The notes under the pieces: model-generated
The model's database searches: none
The model's input: the letters and a program-made list of their open reading frames with translations, nothing else
What the model was told of the DNA's origin: nothing
Program-made: the position numbers and the translations under genes
Shown: piece by piece, positions 28,301-37,996 of the stretch
How the letters are laid out: each line of letters opens with the position of its first letter
How positions within the stretch are numbered: position 1 is the stretch's first letter
Virus record (IMG/VR): IMGVR_UViG_3300045993_000425
Span: 1-64,000 of that record
Reading direction: 5' to 3' (one strand)
Length of the DNA: 64,000 nt
From: a virus

Positions 28301-28511
28301 CGCTTCCACCAGCCACCAAGAGCTTGAGGTTGATTGCTAGTTGCCCGATTCCACCTGGGGCGATGGTGAATCCGCTGACGACGACGGGCTGACCACCAGC
28401 TAGCACCTGACCAGCCAGAAGCTGAAGTTCTGCTGTAACTGCGCTCTCAACCATTCGGAGGTGCGAGACATCAACGCGCATCCCTCCGACCCAGTTCATG
28501 TTTCGTTGCAT
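25398..28511 (-). CDS. Tail fibre / receptor-binding protein
   Basis: Baseplate-anchor-like N-terminus, ATTSSYGTVKL fibre motif, Gly/Thr-rich beta repeats, ERVRI motifs, C-terminal YLNFSYPV. Confidence 0.8.
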   Translation of the reverse strand: MQRNMNWVGGMRVDVSHLRMVESAVTAELQLLAGQVLAGGQPVVVSGFTIAPGGIGQLAINLKLLVAGGSVIHATATEPGSLFQMPGYASAQQLNPSNANVSGSFIPGTNYIGIDLVRSADPTTADTVVLLSDTTGREFQQRMPLGRTLGLKIVVSSTSFSSQPTVLPIASVFVSAAMNVTSVTDCRPMAFRLALGGSSPSALQPFTQLATRVEPAVTSTTNLVDPFVGGDKGITSLRDWMGLVMTRLWESSSGAYWYSPGGQQDIKLSLDPSAKYTGTTNWFWDSATGNLYWGGVRYIFPSDGTGVVSNYVTNHLTALPGTTDLADGECLYVELDRRVTQGSLTPVKCQISALPRTGVPGAIRVFAWRVGSDVYVDGQTAPVSGSNSTSVANATTSSYGTVKLGTSDANISNVDALVPMTNLARQVLATGMTNGAGYTGALTIGDGANDTGVSISKSGATTTVAGSLSVTQDATARQFIVGGGGTIASGSVYSDSSWGMNFRAKQSGPTTGVFGFAKSDGTELVRFGSATGPPTQFATALGDAVAQFGGVHPVIIRANWAGLGFNTYFNGGTAGVNYTRVSADYTGHIAQDTASGDIVFATGLSGTAGSTYGGPTERVRILNAGGVQVLGGLDVSGLLRATPTGASGPVLSIGNDAVLYDIGVANHFGVQGAADTTKGGILLGSSGPRLSGQTDKLTILGVGDGLSTLTADAIGSVSISNGAGGMDDRTALTLMTGFDNMAVATPNRVSLTFRPNSAGPTQAQHEFGRITGGRAAADGARGYLAFHAGSVSSSSSDHVTIDNTGLLTAHNGLTVVGGLIGALTTDNVTVPTGKTLTIDGTLTGHASDDLRLAGGTLTGNLTIGAYVVGQVRNLTVNGSTTSVDGFIGNVTGQASENVPWNSGTSTITSAVTTNNVTVPSGNTLTIATGAVFSQPGDIGWTGLTSMGAHATVFGTCEYMVKGGIAYVTGAIKGTVLFADNDVITTCLPVPRATFVGVVVASDNTSGMAPCLLSGSNFTILKGALGNATYYLNFSYPV
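25735..26039. repeat. 41-bp imperfect direct repeat within the fibre gene (25735-25775 and 25999-26039)
   Basis: attgtcagcgt(a/c)ttaccg(c/g)tcggaaccgttacgtt(g/a)t(t/c)ggt; encodes TxNVTVPxGxTLTI twice. Confidence 0.85.
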
Positions 28512-28550
28512 GGGGCCTCGTCCAGGCGGCAGACGACCGCCTTCAGCTTA

Positions 28551-28557
28551 AGATTGC
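28551..28557 (-). promoter_or_regulatory. AATCT late-promoter motif before the fibre gene
   Basis: gcAATCTtaag in the intergenic gap; one of 8-9 copies. Confidence 0.7.
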
Positions 28558-28982
28558 TATTCTGTCACACCGTCATTCGAGTAGTTAATCGCCTCAAATG
28601 TGAGAGCACCGGTCACCACTCCCTTGGGCGAGATCATCCAAGTCTGGTCCGTAATGGTGCAACCAGTGAACTTGAAGACAATACTATCCGTAATGCGATC
28701 CACTACTTCGATGGTTAGGTACTTCTGCTTCAGCATATCCTTGGCTGCTGCGACCATTCCGAGCCCCTCAGGACCACCTTGAGCTCTACCTCGCACGATC
28801 TGTAGGCTCCCAGAAGCCGAGAAGCCGGTAGGCATCAACTCAAACGTCATCAGGGTGTCGATGCCTTGAGCTTTGCGTACTGGAGTCTGGATTCGTGGCT
28901 GAAAGCCGGTCGCCCATCCCATCAGGCTGCCATTTACATAGATCTTGAGGTGTGCTGCTACTACCGTTTCAGACCGAGGCAT
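28557..28982 (-). CDS. Tail tube-like (tube initiator) protein
   Basis: Paralogous pattern to the 53528 tube gene (LKIYVNG..G, IEVVDR, FTGC). Confidence 0.7.
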   Translation of the reverse strand: MPRSETVVAAHLKIYVNGSLMGWATGFQPRIQTPVRKAQGIDTLMTFELMPTGFSASGSLQIVRGRAQGGPEGLGMVAAAKDMLKQKYLTIEVVDRITDSIVFKFTGCTITDQTWMISPKGVVTGALTFEAINYSNDGVTE

Positions 28983-30874
28983 TAGCTCTCCCTCGCTCGA
29001 GCAAGTTCTTCATCGACAAAATCGCCAGCTAGACAGGTCACGATGTCACTCAGTTGCCCAGACCCCATTGTCGCCCTTCCCTCCCCAGCCAGACCTCTAT
29101 CTCCTGGGTAGGTGATGACATGCCTCTGTTCGATTGCTGTACCCCCCAAGCTCCTGAGTAGCTGACTAGCGGCAATCCTCCCCATCGCACTATTTGTGGT
29201 TCTAAGGCAGCTTGCGGGACTGTTCCTGATTCCGCTGTCCGTCAGAAGGTTCACGCTGCTACCGGCTGGGATCGCCGCCTTGATATGCGCCGATGGGTCA
29301 AGGAGCAGGTGTAGACTGCCTTGGCGTCCGAGGTAGTAAATTGGAGCCGTCTGGTATTCATAGCCATACCCGATGACCAGCCAACCAGCTTGGTCTGGTA
29401 ACTGTGTCGAGTCAGCAACAGGAAGAGAACCGCTCCAACCGACAGACAGGTCAGATGTTGTTAATGTCGTCGAGCTAGTCACCTTCAGACCGCCGGCTGT
29501 CTCTGTCAGAACACATCCGGCTTGCGTACCCCTCGAGACAGAGGAGCACTTGGTTATTGTTGCTCCTGTTGATGAGAGAATAACCGATGCTCCCGTTCCC
29601 GGCAAATCAGAACTGAAGTCAATGTAGTGGAGGATGCCATTGACTGCGGTTACCTGATGGATACCAGAGAACATCCCTACTCCGTCAATCAATACCCAAT
29701 CGCCAACAGAGAACATCCCACTTGAGCTGAAGGGGAGTTGCAGTCTGACGATATCCGAACTCGGGTACAGAACCGCAGTGCTAACACCAGAGGTCAATGC
29801 ATTGTTGGCTAGGTATCCCGCTGTTGTTTCATCTCTGCTCACCACCTGGGTGATGGCTGGCAGGATGATGTCAACTCCATTGCCACTCGGTTTCGTGAAA
29901 GCAGATGACTGCTGCGACAATCTTGCGACGGGCGACCGGAAGAAGTAGATCTGGCTGTTAGGAACCGCCTTTGTTTCAGCTACTCCAATCGGATTGTTGA
30001 GATCGAACGAGTAGACCACTACACTCGGGGATGTGTGCCGTCTGGAGCTGTTGGAAATCGTGAAGCTTCCCCTATTCTGGGTCGAGAACGTCCCTACCAC
30101 TACAGCAGCATCACCATCTCTCATGTTGTTCAAGATCGAATTGTCGGAAGTGGTGACCGAGAACCTTAGCTTGTCGGCCTTTCTAGTAGTGACCCAGGTC
30201 ATCGCTCCAGGGTCACCACCAGCCAGATTGTGGAACCACAGTCTCCTCCATCCGATGCCGCCAGTGAGCTTGATCGATCCACCAAGACCTGCTTGGTTGG
30301 ATAACAGCGACAAGTGCGTCAAGCCCGATTCTGGGTCGGTTACTGGGACGGCTGTTGCTGGTGTCTTACGGATGCCGAACCACCTGTTGATGACAGCAGC
30401 AGCCTCGATTGCAGTCACTGCTGCGATGTCAGCGAAGTCCGCTGTGGAGAAGGTGACTGATGCCCCGTGGCGTCCATCCACCTCGAGGAGCAGTTGGTCA
30501 CCATCCTGAAGGGAGAATGGCTCTGGTAGCGAACTAATCCCAGCGTGCGTCTTCTCGATGCCGTAGAAGGCCTCCAGAGCTAGGTTCAAGCTCTGATTGG
30601 TGGTCTGCGACAGGTTGATGCACCTTAGGATGTCCCTCAGGACGTTGTCTGGAACGCCAGCCCCAATAGGCCTAGAGTATCCCACCTTCGCTGCTAGTCG
30701 GTCTAGGTATCGACCCATCGCAGTAGCATCGAATAGCTGCGCCTCTGCGTTCGCTGTCAGGTCCCAACAGGCCTGCTCAGAGGAGCCGATGACACCCAGC
30801 ATCAGGTCCCATCCAGGCCCACTCATGCTGGTGGAAGGAATCATTCGATGCAGGAATGTCTCAGCTGGTAGCAT
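28982..30874 (-). CDS. Baseplate wedge protein
   Basis: TAMGRYLDRLA..G..RP motif; shares an EPFxL..GD.L.. module with baseplate J. Confidence 0.7.
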   Translation of the reverse strand: MLPAETFLHRMIPSTSMSGPGWDLMLGVIGSSEQACWDLTANAEAQLFDATAMGRYLDRLAAKVGYSRPIGAGVPDNVLRDILRCINLSQTTNQSLNLALEAFYGIEKTHAGISSLPEPFSLQDGDQLLLEVDGRHGASVTFSTADFADIAAVTAIEAAAVINRWFGIRKTPATAVPVTDPESGLTHLSLLSNQAGLGGSIKLTGGIGWRRLWFHNLAGGDPGAMTWVTTRKADKLRFSVTTSDNSILNNMRDGDAAVVVGTFSTQNRGSFTISNSSRRHTSPSVVVYSFDLNNPIGVAETKAVPNSQIYFFRSPVARLSQQSSAFTKPSGNGVDIILPAITQVVSRDETTAGYLANNALTSGVSTAVLYPSSDIVRLQLPFSSSGMFSVGDWVLIDGVGMFSGIHQVTAVNGILHYIDFSSDLPGTGASVILSSTGATITKCSSVSRGTQAGCVLTETAGGLKVTSSTTLTTSDLSVGWSGSLPVADSTQLPDQAGWLVIGYGYEYQTAPIYYLGRQGSLHLLLDPSAHIKAAIPAGSSVNLLTDSGIRNSPASCLRTTNSAMGRIAASQLLRSLGGTAIEQRHVITYPGDRGLAGEGRATMGSGQLSDIVTCLAGDFVDEELARARES

Positions 30875-33800
30875 TTATTGCCCCACGAACACGACCTTGA
30901 CATCCTGGTCGATGTCAAGAATCCTTGGCGATTCGTACTGTTTCACCGGCAGAGTGTCGTTGCTGGAGTTGTACGTTGGCGATAGCATGGAAACGCTAAC
31001 AACTCCGGTCACCCTAGAAGCAGCGTCGATGATGCTGGAGATTGGGATCGACATCCCCTTGGAGCCGTTGATGACCTTGGCGACGGCAGACTGAATCAGT
31101 TGCTTGACGTTGGCTCCAGGCTTGACCCTGACGGACAGTTCGACCCGCACTCGCCGGATCAGGGCTGCATCGATGTCTAGCTTCTGACCAGCCGCGACCA
31201 GACCAGGGTAGGAGGAAGTGTCGTTAACGTCGCCATAGACGACACGGTTCACTTCAGCTAGAAGCCCGGTATTGTAGCTGTACGAGTCCTGACCCACCAG
31301 CAGATCTGTCGGGAAAGCCAGCTTGTCCAAGGGACTCAAGATACAGCCAGCTGCCTGTGTGATTGCATAGGCAGGGAAGTGTACCGGGTTGTCATATTGG
31401 AAGGAGTAATAGCTGAATGTCGGAGGAGTCATCGGAACTAGATACACCGACACCAATGTCGGATCGGTCGGGTCAGGAGCGATCAAGGCTACCTTCATGA
31501 TGACCCTGCCTGGAGACGAAGGAAGCACCTGCACCAGACCGTAACTAGTTCCAAGAGCAATAGATGAGAAGTCACCGATGCCCGAGACTGTCACCTTTGT
31601 TCGGTCGTTGAAGTCGATAGTAGACACAGTGAAGTCGTTCTGGTTGCTTGCTCCCAACTTAGGTGTCGAAACCCTTAGGGTGTCTCCCGGCATCACGCTG
31701 TTGTAGGTGCGGAAAATCATATTCGCCTGGACGTTTTCGTCGACAGACTCGGCGTTCTCAATCCAGATGCAGTGCTGGCTGCTGGACACCACTCGGAATG
31801 TGCCTTGATTTCCAAGGTTTGGGCCAGACTTGGACCGGTCGAATGTCCTCTTCTGGAACGTGATGTCTACTGGAGACACGTCGCTCGGATTCGGAGAAGC
31901 TCCCAGTGCCTGGATGGTTCCATCTTGGTTCGCTAGCACGATGGAGTATGGATTGGTGGCACCTGTCAACATGCTCCATGTTTCTGTCGCTGGGTCGAAT
32001 AGCTCCCCGGCTCCTTTGCTGCCTCCCATGTAAGCCACTTTTCCGTTGGCTAGAAGGAGTGCCGTTCCGTAGGCTTGAGCAAAGTTCAGCTTGCCTGTAG
32101 TCAGCCTAGAGATCTTTGTGGTTGGGTCATAGATCTCTGTTTCGGTCATTGGTACACCAGCAGCGTTGCATCCACCGACCACCAAGATCTTGCCAGACGG
32201 TAGCTGGATGCAGCTATGACCCATCCTTGGCTTCTGGAGGCTTCCAGCCGCTGTCCACTTGCGTCCTAGCGAGATCGAGGAGGTAAGTACATCTCCAACG
32301 ACACCCGTCGCACCAAAAGAATACCCACCGATTACATACAGTTGGTCTAGACCTACTTGGATTGTCTGATGATCTCTGGTGCCCGGTGTCAACTGCTGTG
32401 TAGCCTGACAGTAAGACCAGCTCGAACCCTGGTAGATCTCCCAGTATGTGTAGTCAGCCATAAACAGCGCGATTACGTTGCTGTCATGACCCCCGAGTGC
32501 CATGATGTCGCCATTCCACAGCGTTGTCAGGGTGTGCCTAGCCCTCGGCCCTTGCATATCGGGAGCAGAGGCCCATTTTGTACCGATGGCATTCGGGTTG
32601 TAGATATAGGTATGGGCGGTTGCGGTGCTACCATTGATACCTCCGCTAACCATCACCCTACCATCCAGCATCAAGGTGGCTGCTGCCCAAGCCACAGTGA
32701 TCGGGTAAGCCTCTGTCGCAGTCAGTTGCTTCGTTGCTGGGTCATATATGTCGACATTGCTGTACTGAACCGGGACGGCACCTTCTGGGGCAGCCGAGGT
32801 GAACCGTCGAGCCCCTCCGACGATCATCACCTTACCATCCGCCATCCGAACCACTGCGGCACCGAACCTGGCGATAGAGCCAGACACGGCAGTAGCTTGG
32901 GTCGTCCACTGCCCATCGCTAGGTAGAACAGTAAGCCAGTCGCCAGTCGGAATAGTTGTCACGTCAGAAGGAGAAGAGAAGCCCAGAGTGGTTCTCTCTA
33001 CATCGGTCAGGCAGGTGAAATTGCCAACCTTCTCAAAGTACAGCTGCATCCCAAAGTCTGGGACATGACTGTTCCTACCACCACTCGCGCTCCATAGTGA
33101 CTGACTAGAGGTGACTTGACCGGCACTAGCGGCAAGAGTCGTGCCACTCGTCCAGCCTGTGCTCTTCGGGAGAGAAATGGTGCTATTGATCGCTACCGGC
33201 ATTCCCTGCGACAGGCCTTCGTCTAGGTCCTGACCAGCAGGGCAGCTAATCAGTGCCTTGTAGTCGATGGGGCCCCACACAATCTGGGCAGAGCCTTTTA
33301 CAGGTAGGTTGAGTTCGTTCGCTGTTCCTCCAGTGACCTGGATAGCACCAGAGGAACCGGCCGCCTCAGACCCGATCTGGAGCTTTCCGGCCTGATTCGC
33401 TGCGGCTACATTGCCCCCAGCCAGAGATAGGCCAGTGACGCTAGGAACAGACAAGAAATCAACAATGTTCTTGGTTGTGGTCGGAACCAAGCGGTACTGT
33501 TCGTTGGCCCAATCCTGAACACTTGAAGATACTGGATATTTCGTCGTTAGCGTGTAGTTGCTTCCATCGTAGGTGCTACTCGAGATATGAAGCACTCCCT
33601 CGAGCAGCTGGCAGGTCTGAGCAAGAGAAACCTCGTCTGACTGCTCCACCTGGAAAGCTTGGTCAGTCCCGACTAGCGTTCCTGAGATTGGTGAACCGGT
33701 AAGCGCATTCACCTGCGACACGAGGGTTGACCTATTGATGGGGTTGGCCTGGACGACAGATAGAGATGAAGCAATGGGAGCGGCCCAAGAACTGCCTCCT

Positions 33801-36800
33801 GTGCTGGTGTCTACTAGGTTGTCTCCGGTGTGCCTCGCCAGTGTCATACTCAAGTTGCTCGCTGCTGTGACCCTTCTCGCCCCAGAAACACCCGGCACCA
33901 GCTGGTCGCAGATGGCAAGCCACCGACCAGAAGGGCCCACCGTGCTGCTGTGGGTCAGGTCGAACGAACCAGACGATAGGGTGAGAAATGCGCTAGCATC
34001 GGTTACCGCTGCGATAGCTGTTGTTGAGCTATCGACCCAGGTGACCACATTGCCTGCGACAGAATCAATCACTTGGGCGCCGGCAGTGAAGCCGTATCCT
34101 GATGGAGGAGATAGGTAAATCGTCTGTCCGACGATGAGCCCGTGTCCTGTGATACCCGATGGGTAGCTGTTGAAGGTACAGGTTACGATACCTGTCGTGA
34201 CAGCTCGACTCAAGGTCATGCTGTTCAGGCCGACCATCAGGAGGATCGAGGTCGGTGTCTGATGTACCCGAACCATTGAGCCGATGTTGAGGCTGTAGGT
34301 AACCCCAGTGGTAGGTGTCAGGATTGTTACATCGTAGGGTGCCACGATAGACACGGCTGTCGCCTGTCCCGCTGTCGCCTGTGAGGAATACCTGACTACT
34401 CCAGCCTCGCCATTCCAGAACTTATTGGTGCGCCAGACGACTCCATCTAGCTGACAGCGAGGTCTTGAGAGCAGCATGAAGTTGCTGAAGTCGAAGGTGC
34501 TTCCGAAAGCCATCCCGAGAGACTGCGGATTCCCGATACTGTCCAGGTTGTCCGCATCTAGCATCTTCAGGGTCGAACCGTAGGTGACAGCCGGATCTGG
34601 AACCAATCGCCGGAACATGTTGATCTGGAAGCTTCCCTGCTGGGCGTTCTTGTCCAGTGTGAGGGACAGCCTGCTCTCGGGACCTAGCCGGAATCCGCCA
34701 GCGGGAAAGAGTCTTGAGGTGCTGGTGCTGGTGCTTCCAGGAAGTAGACCCTCGCGAAGGTGCTGAAAGGAGGTAGTTGTCGTTCCAGACAAGGAGCTGA
34801 TGCCGCTCAACTGTGTCTTGTCCTTTACGTTGCTCCCGAGTCTGTCGAAGTACTCCCTGGCCCACACGAGGCCCGCGTGGTCCCCCTGCCGAAGGTAGGG
34901 CCAACCCATGAGCCCAGCGAGGGTTACTCCACCGTCTAGGATGACATCGGTCATCACATTAGGTGTCCCAATGTCGCTGTTGCCTGATGTGACAGAAGGC
35001 GTATGGATGTGGTCGTTGCTAGCCACTCCGATGCTCAAGCCGAAGGTTTGGCTGCCGACGATAGCCAGAAGGGAAATCGCCCCCTCTGAGGAGTGACTAT
35101 TGGTGCCTACACGATACCTGGACTCGCGATAGGTCGTCGCCCAGCCACCAGAGAGCTGCCCAGAGATGGAATCACAGATGTCCTGGGGTGAGTAGGTGCC
35201 TGCCGGAATGACTACCGTCTGAGGCTGAGAGGTCAGGCGATAGATACTGATGTACCGATAGGCTGTTCCGACGTTGGCCGGGGTGATTGTAGATCCATTG
35301 ATCGGGGTCAGGTCGAACTCAAGCCACTGCCCGAGTGGGTCCACAGCGGAGACTCGCCAGCAACCAGTGCGATGGGAGGTCGTCAGGTCGGTGCTGAAGA
35401 GGTCGGATGTCACGAACATCCAATCACCTACCTGCACCGATCCGAACGGGTACGCTGCTGTCGCACCTAGTGTCATTGTCGCAGTAATGCGCCTGGCATT
35501 GCTTGTTCCTGCGTTCAGAGTCAGGGTGTGAGTCCCATCAAGGGAGGTGGAGATACTCTTCGTTGTCCCGTCCAGAGCGAAATAGAACGTGGTCGAGGAA
35601 CCAGCAACGATGGTGGTGATGTCAGAGCTCTCCAGGTAAGCTCGGGTGTAGGATGAGCCACAGGTTAGCCGGTCCCCTACTGCCAGAGCTGTGGATAGCT
35701 CGATGATCCCCTGCTGCCGATCTAGAACGTAATCAGATCCCATACCCAGAGACACCAGCGAACTCTGACTGAACATCCCCTTGGTCACCAGGCTGCTCGA
35801 GGAGTCGATGCTAATGGCTGCTCGGTCGCTCCTGCCGAGGTTAGAAGAGATAGTCAGGCTCGCCCCCTCGACGCGAGCTGTGCAACCAGCCACCTTGTTG
35901 TTCAGAACCGCTGCCCATACAGAAAGAGGGGCAAAGGTGTTCACGGTTGGGTATGTCGAGGAAACAGCAGCGAAGTCCTTATCCAGAAACTGATACGTCT
36001 TCTGATCGGTTCCATCTACGGAGATCGTCAGTGTGTCGCCAGTGTGGATACCGGCCCACTCAGACTGATGGAGGCTAGTCAACTTGGCAGCGGCTCCATC
36101 CTTGAAGAGTAGCTTGTCGTTTAGGTACAGACGCAGGGTATCGTAGCGCCCCCCAGGAAGCCCCAGGACGCTCGCTGCATCGACCCCTAAGGGTTGGGTC
36201 AACTCTAGGTCGTCATTCGCCTCCTGACGGGCCTGGAGCCCTAATCCGGTGCCTCCACCGATAGTGCGAGCCGAGAAGCCCACAGTCGGATTGGCGTTGA
36301 TGCTGGCCACGACCTCGTAGGCAGTAGCGGCTGTGATGTCCTGGAAGTCCTGAGCTACAAATGTATGTTCGTATCTGACACCACCCACCAGAATCGCCAG
36401 CTGGTTCCCCTCGGCTAGCCGATAGGGAGGCTGGTTGCTGGACTTCAAGGTCGCCTTAGCTGTCGGACGACCGTAGGCCAAATGGAATGTGGTTTCACCC
36501 CCATCGGCTTGGTCGACTAGCACCTCTTGGTCGACCCCAGCATCCTTTGGCTCGTATGCGGACCCGTCGTCAATATACAGTGTCGTTGTACTGCCTGGTC
36601 TTTCGACCAACCGGGCCGAGGCGACGACTGAATCCTCGGAGGATGACTTGACACCGTACAGGTTCGCTAGAAGAGCACCAGGAGTGGCCTTCGACCTGTT
36701 CCCACGAATCGCCTTGATGCGGTCGCGATAGTGGTCGTCGCTCTCGATTGCCGTCCCGTTGTTGACAGGGAGAGGGTTGGTACAGGTCATCCCGATGAAT

Positions 36801-37570
36801 GGCGGGCTGACGACATACCGGATGGCCCCTGCGTTCACATTTCCCACGGCTCCCGACACCTGTGCGGTCACGGGAACATTCGACACCTCAACATCACCAT
36901 CGAGGATGACAGCGGGCTGGCTAACGCGGTACAGGGCGGAATCGGTTTTGTTGCCTTGGGGGGTCCCGATGACTTGTCCGGCCAGAATCTGTCTGTCTCC
37001 ACCCTGCGCCAGCACAACAGCATCTCCAACCTGATGCTGCTTGGTCGTCCCTGCGGGGATGGTCAAGGCCCAGCTGCCATCACTTTTTTGCGTTCGGCTC
37101 GTGTAGGCCAGAGGCCCCTCGAGGCGAGTGCTGCCACGTCCCAGATAGACACTACCGGAGTTCGGGAATGCCGATGCGTCCGAAAGATAAATCGTCGTCG
37201 AGCCAGATACAGATGTCCCATTTCCAGAATAGATACGGTTCGATACCTTGGTGTATCGTGAGTCAGAGATGGTGATTCGTCCTGTGGCGTATGTCTCCCC
37301 CAGACGGTTGATCCCCTCCTGGCGGCCGATGCGGTCGAGAAATGCCCCCTTCGCCTTGTCGATATTGGAAGCATCGACCAAGTTCATGATATCCATGCTG
37401 TTCTTGGCTTGGCTCTGGGCTACAGCCTCGAGTAGAGCCAGGACGCTGGAGCCAGGCTTGAGGCTTGTCACCCCTGGAGCCAGCCCGCTGGTGTCCAACC
37501 GGGCAAGGTAGTCGTCCACCATGCCGCCAAGAATGTTAGGAAGTGCGCGTGGTTGCGGGATAGAGGCCAT
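30875..37570 (-). CDS. Giant baseplate J/gp6-like protein with Kelch-repeat beta-propeller
   Basis: AKGAFLDRIG, G.VGNV.AGAI, NGTAIESDDHYRDRI; Kelch repeats DGKVMIVGG, DGRVMVSGG, SGKILVVGG, EIYDP. Confidence 0.88.
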   Translation of the reverse strand: MASIPQPRALPNILGGMVDDYLARLDTSGLAPGVTSLKPGSSVLALLEAVAQSQAKNSMDIMNLVDASNIDKAKGAFLDRIGRQEGINRLGETYATGRITISDSRYTKVSNRIYSGNGTSVSGSTTIYLSDASAFPNSGSVYLGRGSTRLEGPLAYTSRTQKSDGSWALTIPAGTTKQHQVGDAVVLAQGGDRQILAGQVIGTPQGNKTDSALYRVSQPAVILDGDVEVSNVPVTAQVSGAVGNVNAGAIRYVVSPPFIGMTCTNPLPVNNGTAIESDDHYRDRIKAIRGNRSKATPGALLANLYGVKSSSEDSVVASARLVERPGSTTTLYIDDGSAYEPKDAGVDQEVLVDQADGGETTFHLAYGRPTAKATLKSSNQPPYRLAEGNQLAILVGGVRYEHTFVAQDFQDITAATAYEVVASINANPTVGFSARTIGGGTGLGLQARQEANDDLELTQPLGVDAASVLGLPGGRYDTLRLYLNDKLLFKDGAAAKLTSLHQSEWAGIHTGDTLTISVDGTDQKTYQFLDKDFAAVSSTYPTVNTFAPLSVWAAVLNNKVAGCTARVEGASLTISSNLGRSDRAAISIDSSSSLVTKGMFSQSSLVSLGMGSDYVLDRQQGIIELSTALAVGDRLTCGSSYTRAYLESSDITTIVAGSSTTFYFALDGTTKSISTSLDGTHTLTLNAGTSNARRITATMTLGATAAYPFGSVQVGDWMFVTSDLFSTDLTTSHRTGCWRVSAVDPLGQWLEFDLTPINGSTITPANVGTAYRYISIYRLTSQPQTVVIPAGTYSPQDICDSISGQLSGGWATTYRESRYRVGTNSHSSEGAISLLAIVGSQTFGLSIGVASNDHIHTPSVTSGNSDIGTPNVMTDVILDGGVTLAGLMGWPYLRQGDHAGLVWAREYFDRLGSNVKDKTQLSGISSLSGTTTTSFQHLREGLLPGSTSTSTSRLFPAGGFRLGPESRLSLTLDKNAQQGSFQINMFRRLVPDPAVTYGSTLKMLDADNLDSIGNPQSLGMAFGSTFDFSNFMLLSRPRCQLDGVVWRTNKFWNGEAGVVRYSSQATAGQATAVSIVAPYDVTILTPTTGVTYSLNIGSMVRVHQTPTSILLMVGLNSMTLSRAVTTGIVTCTFNSYPSGITGHGLIVGQTIYLSPPSGYGFTAGAQVIDSVAGNVVTWVDSSTTAIAAVTDASAFLTLSSGSFDLTHSSTVGPSGRWLAICDQLVPGVSGARRVTAASNLSMTLARHTGDNLVDTSTGGSSWAAPIASSLSVVQANPINRSTLVSQVNALTGSPISGTLVGTDQAFQVEQSDEVSLAQTCQLLEGVLHISSSTYDGSNYTLTTKYPVSSSVQDWANEQYRLVPTTTKNIVDFLSVPSVTGLSLAGGNVAAANQAGKLQIGSEAAGSSGAIQVTGGTANELNLPVKGSAQIVWGPIDYKALISCPAGQDLDEGLSQGMPVAINSTISLPKSTGWTSGTTLAASAGQVTSSQSLWSASGGRNSHVPDFGMQLYFEKVGNFTCLTDVERTTLGFSSPSDVTTIPTGDWLTVLPSDGQWTTQATAVSGSIARFGAAVVRMADGKVMIVGGARRFTSAAPEGAVPVQYSNVDIYDPATKQLTATEAYPITVAWAAATLMLDGRVMVSGGINGSTATAHTYIYNPNAIGTKWASAPDMQGPRARHTLTTLWNGDIMALGGHDSNVIALFMADYTYWEIYQGSSWSYCQATQQLTPGTRDHQTIQVGLDQLYVIGGYSFGATGVVGDVLTSSISLGRKWTAAGSLQKPRMGHSCIQLPSGKILVVGGCNAAGVPMTETEIYDPTTKISRLTTGKLNFAQAYGTALLLANGKVAYMGGSKGAGELFDPATETWSMLTGATNPYSIVLANQDGTIQALGASPNPSDVSPVDITFQKRTFDRSKSGPNLGNQGTFRVVSSSQHCIWIENAESVDENVQANMIFRTYNSVMPGDTLRVSTPKLGASNQNDFTVSTIDFNDRTKVTVSGIGDFSSIALGTSYGLVQVLPSSPGRVIMKVALIAPDPTDPTLVSVYLVPMTPPTFSYYSFQYDNPVHFPAYAITQAAGCILSPLDKLAFPTDLLVGQDSYSYNTGLLAEVNRVVYGDVNDTSSYPGLVAAGQKLDIDAALIRRVRVELSVRVKPGANVKQLIQSAVAKVINGSKGMSIPISSIIDAASRVTGVVSVSMLSPTYNSSNDTLPVKQYESPRILDIDQDVKVVFVGQ

Positions 37571-37631
37571 CTGCCGTCCATTATGTGGCAAGAGAAGGGA
37601 GATCGGGCAGAGCTGACCGATCTTCTCACTT

Positions 37632-37638
37632 AGATTAC
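37632..37638 (-). promoter_or_regulatory. AATCT late-promoter motif before baseplate J
   Basis: gtAATCTAag. Confidence 0.7.
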
Positions 37639-37654
37639 GCTCATCTCACACCTG

Positions 37655-37683
37655 TTGACTAAAGACCACAGTGATGGTATCAA
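37655..37683 (+). promoter_or_regulatory. Sigma70-type promoter TTGACT-N17-TATCAA (TGn extended)
   Basis: ttgact aaagaccacagtgatgg tatcaa. Confidence 0.6.
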
Positions 37684-37702
37684 AGCGTCCACGAGGCAGA
37701 AC

Positions 37703-37996
37703 ATGAAACGACAGACCAGAGTTGCGTGTGTCGGGAAATACCTGGGTGAAGAAATAGTCGTCGATTTGACAGTACGTTTCGGCCAACTGATGTCTCTGTC
37801 GGTCGAACTAGCTGACGACAGAGCCAGAGTCGACGCCACCCTCACCGGCCAAGAAAGCAAGAGCTCACTGGTGACAGATTGTGTCGGTCACTTTGAGATG
37901 CAGTACGAGGAACAACAAGGAGAGCCCCCGACAGAGTTAAGGACTGAAGCCTGGCACCAGTTGTTCCAAGAAGCCTGGTCTAAGGTGCTGCTATAA
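37703..37996 (+). CDS. Hypothetical early protein inserted antisense in the tail module
   Basis: Own promoter and RBS GAGG. Confidence 0.65.
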   Translation: MKRQTRVACVGKYLGEEIVVDLTVRFGQLMSLSVELADDRARVDATLTGQESKSSLVTDCVGHFEMQYEEQQGEPPTELRTEAWHQLFQEAWSKVLL

